From positions 6,448,001 through 6,512,000 of the forward strand of contig JBHGNT010000011.1 in the NCBI GenBank assembly GCA_043228905.1: a stretch of 64,000 nucleotides of DNA. Reading direction: 5' to 3'. Shown here one piece after another: positions 52,021 to 64,000 of the stretch. Under the pieces are notes generated by a model. The model was given only the letters and a program-made list of their open reading frames with translations, ran no database searches and had not been told where the DNA came from. A program made the translations under genes and the position numbers. Position 1 is the stretch's first letter; the number at the start of each line of letters is the position of its first letter. The DNA is from Azolla caroliniana. Taxonomy: Eukaryota; Plantae; Polypodiophyta.

Positions 52021-54007
52021 TTGAATAACTATTCTGTTTATTGATTATCTTGTGTATTGTTGTGTATAATCTTGTATATTGGAGAATATTTTTGTGTATT
52101 GTTGTTGCCCATAGCCATCTTTAATACGTGTCTTTTTTTCGGGAAAATTAGGGTTTAAAACCATCAAGCCAAATGGAAGGGGAGGAGGGTGTTTAGTATT
52201 ACCCCTCAATGATCATCAGGATAGGGATGACGCTATCAAGGCACAACAAACGATACGAAAGTATTGGGCAGAAAAAAGAAAAAAACATCGTCAATTGTTG
52301 AAGGATACGAAAGCCACACTCACTAAAGGTAAATATAGTATTGGTTGCGATACAGGTCTAAATATCACTGAGAATGGAAGTAATGAGACTCCTATCATAG
52401 AGAGAAAGGTTGTAGACTATTTTAATGTTCAAAACAAGCACATTAGCAATGAAGACAAGAAGGTAGTACTTTATGGAATATTAAATGATCCATCGATAAA
52501 GGAGTTAGTTGATTGTGATGGTCTTAATGCAAACATAACATTTGTACTAGTAAATAATCTCCGTAATAGTTTCTATCCATGAGCACGTCAAAAGATGATC
52601 TTATCTTAAAAAGGTCTAGTTTAATGATGTTACTTAATAGTGATGTTGAAGATATTAACATCAGTGTGCTATCTAAGGTAATTGGTGTTAGTAGAAAAAG
52701 TGTGTACAATACATTGAACCAGATAGTTTTCTCGGGTGAAGGAACTAGTCTGCTAAAGCTAACAACAAGATGTAAGCCAATGACACCCATAACATCAGAA
52801 ATCAAGGATATAATCACAATATTTTGGACTAATGAGAGTAGGGTTTCACCTAATAAGAAGGATTTATGCAGGAAATATTAGAGACATGATCTAATGTAAG
52901 CATATGATAAGGATAAAAGAACGATAGATATATAGATAGAAAGGAGAGAGAGAAAGAAGGGTGCTGATCCACCCGACCACCCCCAAGTGAAGGGATCGAG
53001 ATGGACTCGAGCCTCGATCGGCGTCCCATACCACCGATGTAGCATCGAGGCGTACCTAGTGTTGGCACGCACGCTACAAGAGTTGAACCACCACGAAACA
53101 AAGTCTCGACGTAGTCAAAAGATATCATGAAATGAGGGTAGCTAGGCCTCTTATTTATAGCGATACCCAAGGCCCCCAGGCAAGTTCACACTTGGCCTAA
53201 TGGGTTGTCACAAACCCGAGGATTAAAAGTAATCCTCCCCTTCTTTACACTCTCGTTTAACCCTCACACTTATCCACGTGTATAGAATACTACGGTAAAT
53301 TCTCACCACGGGATATTGCTAGAAATATTGAGAATCAATTAGATAGGTATATAGAGTTACAACTACAGAGATGGGACATATGAGAGTAGCTCACAATGGT
53401 AGTTTTCCCATGCACTCACACCTTAGAGCTTAGATAGGATATGGACCAACTCACTACAAAATTAGTGGGGGTTGATAATCAAGCCAACCACTGTGAAAGG
53501 AAAGTGGATTGCTTTCTATGTTTGGTCTAAGTATAACATTAAATGTGCAAGTCAGTTGATAGTTGTTGTCCGCCAGAATAGTAACCGACGGCCAAAAGCG
53601 TAGGAATAAGAAACTATATAAAGTGTAACGTATGTAACGGTTCACGCGGGGAAGCGTGAACGGCTAATTAGACCCTGCATATATAAAGGGCAGAAAACCT
53701 CTTAAGGAGGTGCGTGTAAATTTTGGGAAATGTAAAAGAACGCCTGATAATAGAATACTATCTTCTCTGAGTTTCTGTGTATAGCTACGACTAATTCAGT
53801 GTCTGTGTCTCGGATACGTAAGCGTAGTAGTACGTAAGTGCAACCTGTGATAAGGAGTCGGTTGTAGCCGTCTCCCCTTACACACGGAGGAATCACAGAG
53901 GTTCTCTCCTTACGTAGTACGCTTAAGCTCTGTTCGTTGTTCCCACCCACCTTGGGGTCTAGGTCGAAGGACTGACCACAGACCGTGTTCCTAAGAGGCA
54001 ACACTTT

Positions 54008-54021
54008 TGGCACGCTTGGTG
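54008..54021 (+). promoter_or_regulatory. tRNA-Arg primer binding site of G
   Basis: TGGCACGCTTGGTG versus the revcomp of plant tRNA-Arg(UCU) 3' end TGGCACGCCTGGTGGGAC (from memory): 13/14. Confidence 0.75.
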
Positions 54022-54291
54022 ATCTGTGTTTCCTCACAGACGAGCAACAACGAATGGATGTTTAGCCGCAGACGATCCAGAGAACCAACAAGACAAGACC
54101 GGCCAATAACAAGGTCCGTCACACGCCAGGCAGAAGAACGCGCCCGGCAAAAGCCACGCATCGGCGACCCCAGTAATACCTGCTAGGAGTGCAAAGGGGA
54201 TTCCTTGCTCCCCAAATACCTCGACGAGGCGAGGGGACCATGCTTACCACAGCCACCCAGTGACCTTTTCCGATCCACCGTAGCTCCCACG

Positions 54292-57200
54292 ATGGCCTTT
54301 GCCTACCCCCGCTTTAACGGCGAAACCGACGCCGCAACTCATATTCACATGTTCTTGAACGTTTGGAATGCGAACCACATGGCACAGAACCTTTCCGAGA
54401 TGGTGGCACACCAGTCGAAAATGACGGAGTTCGGATTAACATTAGATGGGCGTGCAGCGTTCTGGCATTCACAGATGGATTTACCAACAACCATAACAAC
54501 CTTCGATCAGCTGCAGTCCGCCTTCTTGCGTTTTTTCACCGGAGGGTTCCACAACGCGAGATTCTCGGGCAATTTTATACAATTAAGCAACTATCGAACG
54601 AGACGATAGCAGACTTCAGCTTACGGTTCCAAAATTTACGACGGAAACTGGATCGAAGCCTTGCGGAGGAGGAGGCTCGAGAGACATTTCTGGCAGCGTT
54701 ACGCTGGCCCATCCTGGCAACGCTCAACAGCAATAGCGTGAAAGGGGAAACAACGGATATGGTGATTGAACGAGCGTTACAGCTCGAATTGGATGACGAG
54801 GAGGAGAGGTTTTCGATGTCATCCTTACGACAAGTGTTACCTCAGGATGAGGAACGCCAATTTCGTCAGGCAATCCAGTGCACGATTTGCTTGAACTCGG
54901 GGCATTCCGCGGTGGAGTGCAATATGCGAATCCATTGCCCACTCTGCCACTCGAAGGTTCATACAGTCGACCCATGCGAGTACAATATGTTAAACAGAGC
55001 CACGCCCGCGGTCCGCAGCATGGACACACAGCGACAACCACATCGGGCGGATAAGAGGCAAGAAGACTGACCCCGGTATAAGGATCGCAACCCGCGGGAG
55101 GACAGGTACAACCGGAATCGCCGGACTCACAACGAGTCCGAGGAAGAGGACCCGGAGGACGAGGATTATCGTGGACATCCGAGTTACACCAAAGGGGGTC
55201 GGCGATACGAAAATCAATGCCCGACAAACAAACGGGGCGGCTTCAATGGCTATCGGGGTAAGCCTCGACAATTTAAGGATCACCGGCGTTACGACGAAAG
55301 CTCGGGGGATGAGCGGCACCAAGAACAATGACGGGATCAACAGCAGCCCCCGCGTACGTCCCAACAAATGAGGCCGGACCGTGAAGAGCAAGTAGCGCCC
55401 GGAGAACGGCACACTCCACCTGGGGCTGAGAAGGGAGAATCAAGCATCCATTGTTTTATTTGTCAGCAACCCGGACATTATGCCACACAATGCCCAACAC
55501 GCAAGGGAAAGGTACCCGCCGTCAACACGATTACGGCGGAGGTGCAACAAGTCACGACACGCCAGCAAAAGAAAACGGCGGATTGGGCTGCGCAGGACGA
55601 GGTACGACGACAAGCCCAAGCCTGGGTGGAAAAAGCAAACGCGACCAATACAGAACGTATGAGGCAGGAGTCCGCGAACGCAATGAAGCGAACAGAGAAC
55701 GAAAAGTCGGGGCCGAACCCCATTTGGCAGGTGTTAGCAGGCTGTGAAATCACACTAACTATGGAAAAACTGCTACAACTAGTTCCACGTTTCCGCCAGA
55801 CCATGGAAGCACAAGTGGCGGGCATGACCGGGGTGAGCGCTGCCACAAACCTGACTGACGTCAGCGAGGGACCACCAGTGGTGGATCAACACAACCCGAC
55901 CATTACAGTAATATTGCACGGACAGGAAGTCCCTAGATGTGTAATCGACGGAGGCTCAGGCATCAATGTGATTAGCGTGAAAACTTGCGAACAGTTGGGC
56001 ATTTCCGAATGGGAGGCGTGTCCATTCTGGCTTCGCATGGCAGATACCCGATCAGTGCGACCGTTGGGGCTAATTCGCAAAATAGGCATCATCGTGGGCG
56101 GACACCGCTTCGACATATCGGCGGTCATCCTTGCTTTGGACGCGCCAGGAGCGTACCCAGTGCTTCTGGGCAGACCATGGCTTCAGACAGCAAATATCAA
56201 GCAGAGCTGGCAACATGAGTGTATCAGTTTCCGACAGGGATGCATCAAGGTTCGTGTTCCTACGGAAGGCAACACGCCCCAACCTAAGGGGATAACACCG
56301 TTGTATGCGGAAGACATCAATATGCTGGCTGGGGTGGAGGATGCCGAATTGGAAGTGTACCTTGACGAACATCCTCGGATTATTCCGCTGTTCGAGATAG
56401 ATGTCATCGCAACTGCGGCAGAATATACTGCGGCCATTGTTACGAGCGGAGAGTCGTATGAACCAAACCCAGAGTCCATATTGGAACTCAGCAGAGCACG
56501 GGCGGCCTTCGAAAGGGAAATGGAGATTTCACGACGGGTCACCGCTTCCGCTCTCGACGAAGTGAATGTGGGTATGGGATCGGAACCCCGGTTCCTCTCC
56601 ATAGCAAAGGAATTGAGGTCGGACCAGAGAACCACAATGATCGCACTACTCACAAAATATAAAGATGTGATCGCGTGGGCTCATGAGGACATGAAGGGGT
56701 TAGATCCCAAGTTCTATCAACATAAGATCAATTTAGCAACAGACGCGAAACCTGTCCAGCAGCGTCGCTACCGCATGAACCTCAATTACGCGACCCACGT
56801 GAAAGAAGAAATTGACAAGCTGCTGAGGGCTGGGTTCATACGGCTAGTAAAACAAGCGACATGGCTAAGCCCGATAGTGGTTGTCCCAAAGAAAAATGGC
56901 AAAATACAGGTATGAGTGGATTACCGAAAATTAAACGTCGTAACCATTACGGACGCATTTCCCTTACCCTTCACCGATAGCGCGTTGGACGCCATCGCAG
57001 GCCATGAGATGTACAGTTTCTTAGATGGCTTCAGTGGCTATAACCAAGTACGCATGCACCCTGACGACCAGGAGAAGACGGCATTTGTCACGGACTGGGG
57101 AGTATATGTGGCGGTCGTCATGATGTTCGGGCTAAAAACAACACTGGCAACATTCCAACGAACGATTACGGAGATCTTTGGGGAATACATTCCGGCGTTC

Positions 57201-59382
57201 ATGCAAGTCTTTTTAGACGATTTTGCGGTATATGGGCGAACAAAAGACCATTTCTCGCACTTATGTCTCTACCTGGAACGTTGCCGCACCGCACGCTTAA
57301 GCCTGAATCCCGCGAAATGTGCCTTCGGCGTGACCAGCGGGACTCTCCTAGGCCACATAGTCAGCAAGGAAGGAATAGCGGTCGACCCAAACAAGATCTC
57401 TGCTATTACGCAAGCTAAAACTTCGACAAATACGGTGGCATAGTCGGATGATACGGTATTTGGCGGACTTCGCCACGCCACTACACGCTGCCGTACATCG
57501 GACTCCTTTCCAATGGACTGCAACAGAGGATAAGGCCTATGAGGCACTTAAGATAATGCTCACACAGGCCCCCGTAGTATAGCCTCTAGTTTGGGCGAAG
57601 CCATTCCACGTGTTCGTCGACGCCTCGGACATAGCAATAGGAAGCGCGCTAATGCAACTCACCGAACCAAACTGGTACAGGCCAGTATACTACGCAAGTC
57701 ATAAATTATCAGCAACAGAGCATAACTATTCCACAACAGAGCGGGAGGCGCTAGGGATGATCTATAGCATCAATAAATTCCGACATTATTTACTAGGACG
57801 GAAATTCATGTTCCACGTGGATCATTCGGCATTATTGTATTTGGTAGAGAAACAAGCCCTGACAGGGAAATTTGCGCAGTGGATGCTACTGCTCCAGGAA
57901 TTCGAGTTCGTAATTCAGCACTGGCCAGGGACGCACCACGCAGTAGCGGATTTTTTGAGCAGACTTGAGAATGGAGAAACAGTATAGAAAGACGACGACG
58001 ATTTTCCGGACGCCGACATCTAGCGAGTAGCGACATTTGTAGAAAAAACGGAATCCACCTTTCCGGATCGATGGCTTATGGAAATGACGTACTTTTTTAC
58101 TACAGGACTACCTCCACCACAATTACGCATAGACGAGAAGAAACGACTAGCCGTCTGAAGCCGTCACTTCTGCCTGGTCGAAGGGTATTTATATCACAAA
58201 GGAAGTGACGATATTTGGCAACGTGGAGTCCGTCAGGATGAAAAAGAAGCAGTTTTACGGGAGGCACACTACGGCACGGCCAACGGCCATTACACGGGCA
58301 ATGTGACAGCCCGCAAAGTATGGCAGGCGGGCTTATGGTGGCCAACAACGCAGAAGGACGCATCCGAGTATTGTAGAAAGTGTGATTTGTGCCAGCGGAT
58401 GGGTCAGCCCGCGGAGAACGCAAGGATGCCACACCAGCCCGTATTACCATTGGACCCCTTCCAAAAGTGGGGATTGGATTTTGTGGGGCCCTTCACACCA
58501 GCAACAGCCCATACGGGCAACAAATACATATTGGTAGCCACGGATTACTGCACCAAATGGGTAAAAGCAAAGGCACTACGGGAAAATACGGCGGCCGTCA
58601 CAGCCAAATTTTTGTATGAGCACATCTGGTGCCGGTTCGGCTGCCCAATTGAGCTCATCCGTGACCAGGGGAGCCACTTCCTCAATACAGTGGTTCGGGA
58701 ACTAACACAACATTATGCAGTCGTCCACAAGAAAAGCACGCCATACTACCCGCAGGCGAATGGATTAGTGGAATCCACGAACAAAACTTTGCAGACCATT
58801 TTGAAGAAAACCGTTACTGAAAATAGAACGGACTGGGATACCAAACTCCAGAGTGTGTTATGGGCGTACAGAACTAGTTACAAAACAAGCATACAGTCAA
58901 CACCGTTCCGGCTAGTGTTTGGACTAGAAGCTGTGATGCCGGTCGAATTTCGGGTACCTAGTTTGCGCATTCCGGTACAGAACCGATTATCAGAAGCCAA
59001 GTCAGAGGAGGAACGGCTCTACCAACTCCTCAAACTAGGGGAGAAACGTGTCCACAGCATGGCTGTGTTGGAAGAAGAACAACGATGGCGTAAAGCATTT
59101 GTCGATCGACATCGGAGCGCAAGGGAAAAGGAGTTCGTCGTGGGCCGAGCGGTGCTAGTTTTTCAAACGCGCATGGGCCAGATGTCAGGTAAGCTACGTT
59201 TCCGTTGGACCGGCCCATACTAGATAATTGGAGCAGAACAGGGCACGTTCCAACTAGGAACACTGGCTGGAGAAATAGTACGGCAAAAAGTGAATGGGTT
59301 TTGGCTCAAACCTTACCTGGGCCTTACGCCACCTAACCCATTCACCGCCGAACGGGACAAAGCCGGAGAACCCGCAGCGTAA
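54292..59382 (+). pseudogene. Disrupted gag-pol of G (Gag with three CCHC-like knuckles, PR IDGGSG, RT FLDD, RH, INT with GPY)
   Basis: ORF fragments at 54205, 54363, 55368, 56916, 57610, 58303. Confidence 0.9.
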
Positions 59383-59543
59383 AAGGGACAGGCCCAATTG
59401 TACTATAATGTAAAAATAGGGGGTAACTAACCGTTATGAAAGAAAAAAAAAAGAAAGAAAGAAAGAAAGAAAGAGAAGATAGCGACTATTAAAACAACTA
59501 AAGGCATGCACAAACTCCTAGTTCAAGAACATGCGGCACCACG

Positions 59544-62489
59544 ATGGCTCACCGCCCAATGAACCCTAAGCCACAAAAAGAAGGAAATAGAAGATTTTCT
59601 GCACAAAGCAGAAACACAGCGTCTACCTATCAACGCTCCCATCACTCCTCCTCAGCTTCTTCCCCATCACATCTCAGAGCTCCAACTCACCACTGCGACC
59701 CGTCTCCTCTCCACGAACCTACTCTGGCGATGCCCATCTTCATCTCTACTGCCCTACGCCGATGGCTCGTGGAGAAGCGCCTAGATGGTTACATTCGGGT
59801 CACAGAAGCACCTCCGCACCCAGACACCATGGACATCGCCAGGCAGCTTAACATCAACACGGTCACCAACTCTTCCATTCGGAAGAAGTTAGACCTATCC
59901 TCACTAGACGAAAGACATTTCGAAATACCTCCTACAGAGGCGCTGCAGCAGTATTTTGGTCCATACTCATCCTCCGCCAAAGCCTATAGAACAAAACAGA
60001 TTCCGGATCCCTTCTTCTGTGAAGTTGCCAAGTTCCTATTGGAAGTAGGCTGTGTCCATGTCAACGCTTACGGGATGCCTAAACAAAAGGCGGGCATCAT
60101 TATCGACACCTTTGAGGGGCGTACAGTCAACTGGGGGGTCATCACAGGGCCGGCGTTAAGGGAAGGCTTGCATGCGTACCAAGCAGGCAAAAAGCTCAGG
60201 CCAATCATCCAACAATACCTTACGGTACTGTTTCCACCCCGAGGCCTACCAGCACCACAGCCCAGCCAACCCACGGCCCCACCCCGCTCCCCGAAACGTA
60301 GGTTAGCAGAGTTAGCGGCCCCAGAGTGGGAGGAGGAACCCTGACCGGCCCAACTAGGCCCAAGGACAACACCTCCTACCGACCAACCGGATACACAGGC
60401 GATGCAGGAGGAACAGCCGAGACACCCCATGGAGGCAGCCCCAAAACCAGACACCGAAGCACGGCGGGAAATCCCTAGACCAAAACGGCGTAGATTGGAC
60501 AGAAAAGATGGGCGGGGGTTGGTAAAAAACGCCCCCAGGGATCCGGAGGCACCAACCGCAGGCGAAGGCCCCGCAACAGCAGAGCCGAATACCACCTTCG
60601 AAATCATCCGAGAGCCGCGGCCAATTATTACGACTTAGTCCCAGCGAGGGAAAGTCGTATTGACGGCGAAAAGCGAGGTTTTGGCATATACGGATATTCC
60701 GGATACGGCCCACGAATTCAGCGCCCTCTTGCAGTTCGGTACCTCTTTCAAGCTCATGGAGTTCCTGGCAACACAACAGGTCAAAGCTGCCCAACGAATG
60801 GCCGAGGAGCATGCGGAACGTCAGATGATAGAGCGCGCCCTAACACAAACAACGGAGAGTGACGATGAGGACCGGCTAGCCAAGGTAGGCAGACAGAGGA
60901 ACGCCAGGGTACGGCGAGTAGGGATGGAGATACCACCCTTAAACACGGCCCTAGTCGAAGTCCATCGGGAACTGGCAAAGGTCAGCACGGGCACCAAGGA
61001 GATGGCCATAAAAAATAAGAATATCTAGAAGAAGGTTAAATTCACCGAAGCCGAACTAGAAAAGGCCAACGCACGCATCGCAGAGTTGGAAGCTCACACG
61101 ACTACGGCGCAACAAGAAACCCCGCCACCGAACCACGATATCAACGCTCTCAGAGAAGATATCGAGGCTCAGACCGCCATCGCCTCAAAAGCAAAAAGGG
61201 TCGTACAGCTAGCGGAATCCGAAATTGACCGTCTTCGAGCAGAACTACGCCAATCCTCCGACAGAGAAAAGGAGACACGGGCTAACGGACGAAAGGTCGT
61301 AAAAACGCTTGAAGAGAAACTAGCTACGGAGGTGGCCCAACACATCTGGACAAAAGACGACAACGCCCAATTATGAGAGGACGCGAAGAAATCAAAGGCG
61401 GCAATAGCGGGACTTCGGGCCTTATTAGAAAAAAAGAAGGTATGGTTCGATGAACAGTTGGTAGTCGAACAAGACAGAAGGCATCAACTTGAAATCCGCC
61501 TAAACAATGAAATGGGGAAATTAGAAAAACAGCATGAAAAGGAATCCCAGCTGTGGGCGGGCCTGAAGGCCACGTATGAGGAAGCGGCAGCCGTTAAACA
61601 GCAGGAAATCACGAATCTCCAGAAGTCGATGGAAGATGCACGCAACCGCTGCCAGGCCATCACGGATAACGTGCGCATCCTTCTCCAAACCAACCGGGAA
61701 AGGTTCACAGCGCAATTGAAAACGGCGTTGGACAAAGGATGGATGGCGTGGGCAACCCAAGCAACGGAATTGCACGCGTATCGTGCGAACTGGGAGAACC
61801 GGTGGAAAGACGGCCGAGGTTTTTATAAGCTAAACGAGGAGAGCATTGCGACCGTACGGGAGGACCTAGCGCAAGACTATCGCGCGTTAGCAGACCAACA
61901 CTCCGAAGAACTCACACAACTCCTACATGATTTTGGTGAAAGTCAGGAGGAGCTATTTCACCAAATCACACAAACCGGCAACATGCACACAAACGAGGAA
62001 CCCAGCGGGACACCAATGCCGGTCACAGCCGAAGAAGAGGAACCTCAGGCCCGATCACCAGCGAGGACAACGGGGGAGAATAGCGGGGACGAACGAGCGG
62101 AGTTCCCCACAAGACCAGACAACGAAACCATTAACCAACAAAAGGTCCATCCCACACCACCTTCAGAAAACGCGGAAAATAGTGCGGACCAGGCGGAATC
62201 CCCGCCCCACGCCTAGGGACACACAAAAACGGCCAACACCGCGGAGGACGTAACAATAGAGGCGGAGTAGCAACCGACTGCAAGCACGCTACCGGCGGAG
62301 CCCAGCCCACTAACTCAAGAAGAGCCCACCGTATCCGGACCACCCGCACACGACGAAGGCGACTCCGGGAGAAACCAGGCCGACCAAGCAGAGGAGCCGC
62401 ACCACGATGCACCTACGGGCCCTACATCAACTCCAGCCGAGGACACCACAACAGAGCCGAACATCCGGGGCATTTTGGAAGAAGATTAA
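59544..62489 (+). pseudogene. Extra 3' ORF of G (single ancestral frame, ~920-980 codons, six internal stops)
   Basis: Fragments at 59544, 60402, 60660, 61086 and 61458 share one frame; the internal stops are TGA/TAG derivable from CGA/CAG; TAA at 62487-62489. Confidence 0.82.
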
Positions 62490-64000
62490 CGGGATGGGTC
62501 CGACGTGCAAAGGCACTGTCCCACAGGCGTGCCAGGTGTTGTCCGCCGGAAAAGTAACCGACGGCCAAAAGCGTAGGAATAAGAAACTATATAAAGCGTA
62601 ACGTATGTAACGGTTCACGCAGGGAAGCGTGAACGGCTAATTAGACCCTGCATATATAAAGGGCAGAAAACCTCTTAAGGAGGTGCGTGTAAATTTTGGG
62701 AAATGTAAAAGAATGCCTGATAATAGAATACTATCTTCTCTGAGTTTCTGTGTATAGCTACGACTAATTCAGTGTTTGTGTCTCGGATACGTAAGCGTAG
62801 TAGTACGTAAGCGCAACCTGTGATAAGGAGTCGATTGTAGCCGTCTCCCCTTACACACGGAGGAATCACAGAGGTTCTCTCCTTACGCAGTACGCTTAAG
62901 CTCTGTTCGTTGTTCCCACCCACCTTGGGGTCTAGGTCGAAGGACTGGCCACGGACCGTGTTCCTAAGAGGCAATAATAGTAGTGGAGATATTCCTTTTC
63001 TGTCAACTGACTTGTCATTTAATATGACCAACTCCCTAGGTACAGGCTAGTGCTAGATAGTACTTATCTTGAAGTCAATGACGCATACTTCAAGGCTAAG
63101 TACATCGTAACTTGCCCACAAAATATTCTAGTTGACTTGATTAGCCAATCCTATTACCTATTTCTCTCTTTCCTAAATACATTGTGTCCTACGCATCTAC
63201 GGTTTCCTAGATTAACACCTTATCTACCCATATGGTTGAGTTGCACACTAGCCGCTCCTCATTTTGGGGCGCTATCACAAAATGTGCACTCTAAGAGCAC
63301 ATATGGGGATAGATTTACAACTTGGGGCTGATCATTGATTATATCTGTTAGATATTATATGGTCATGCCTGTAACATACTCCCCCTCTTTAAATCATTGC
63401 ACTCTTGCAATGGAAAGTTAGGGAAGTTAGTTCTAAGAGTATTTTCGCGTTCCCATGTGCCATCTTTTATTGATTTATCCATCCATTTTATTTTAAATTC
63501 TCGGATTTCTTTAATATGTAATTTTTTTGTTTTAACATTGAGAATTCTTTTTGGTACATGTGGTTTAGAAGATAATTCTTCAGAAGTAACCAGAGTTTCA
63601 GTTGTAGCTGTATTGTCGCCAGAACCTAGAAGTTCTTTTAGATGACTCACATGAAAATCTGGATGAATTTCAATACCATCGGGGAGAGCGAGACAATAGG
63701 CTGATGACCCAATGCATTTGAGGACTGTAAAAGGTCCACAAAACCATGGGGCTAACTTAGCGCACTTACCCTTAGACAATGTCTTAGAATTGTGAGGTAC
63801 ACGTAAAAATACCTTCTGTCCAAGGTGGAATACACGAGATTGCTTATGATAATCGGCTAAAAAACGCCCTCTATCTTGAGTTGTTTTTATATTATCTCGT
63901 GCAATATGCAACATGTCTTGCATATCCCGAAGAAAGTTTTGCGTACTTCACAACTCATCATGATGTATATTAACATCAATCGGGGCTCGTGGTTGAAAAC

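Larger units (their letters stand above)
46559..52894 (+). mobile_element. Probable DNA-transposon left part with a subterminal repeat array and decayed ORF (52173-52894), split by element E
   Basis: Abrupt junction in Copia3; repeat array; ORF fragments ending FWTNESRVSPNKKDLCRK; superfamily not determinable by eye. Confidence 0.45.
53564..62976 (+). mobile_element. Element G: Athila-like (non-chromovirus) Gypsy with an extra 3' ORF, LTRs 53564-54003 and 62537-62976 (440 bp), TSD ATAGT
   Basis: ATAGT at 53559-53563 and 62977-62981; ~12 LTR mismatches, mostly transitions; no archaeal-type RH seen. Confidence 0.93.
52895..64000 (-). mobile_element. Chromovirus-type Gypsy 3' end: 3' LTR 52895-53563 + 62982-63376 (split by G), PPT ~63379-63390, INT C-term/chromodomain 63363-63923; runs off the window
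   Basis: Minus strand AAAGAGGGGGAG-TA-TGTTACA; KLAPWFCGPF (GPY/F) and chromodomain-like FKIKW...TWE; the left terminus TGTAAG at 52895 is inferred. Confidence 0.78.

Overview
Plant nuclear DNA. The PLS-PPR genes and the LTR lineages point to a seed-free plant such as a fern (inference). Bases ~1-12.6 kb are a gene island: a LINE zf-RVT remnant, a two-exon RuvB-like 2 gene and two PLS/E-class PPR genes. From ~13.3 kb to the end is one nested retrotransposon block of about 12 insertions, up to 6-7 levels deep; most boundaries were resolved by hand from LTR termini, PBS, PPT and TSDs. Main leads: (1) an Athila-like Gypsy (53564-62976) has no polypurine tract before its 3' LTR and instead carries a sense copy of the 3' end of the tRNA-Arg that matches its PBS, which suggests tRNA-primed plus-strand synthesis; (2) an intact tRNA-Trp-primed Gypsy with a 4-bp TSD has a G_GAU_UUU -1 frameshift cassette after gag-protease; (3) two unrelated LTR families carry antisense tRNA-like Pol III box A/box B modules; (4) Tcn1-like chromoviruses show Tf1-type self-priming complementarity; (5) the Athila-like element has a ~920-980 codon extra 3' ORF. 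All calls are by eye. tRNA sequences are from memory and need database confirmation.
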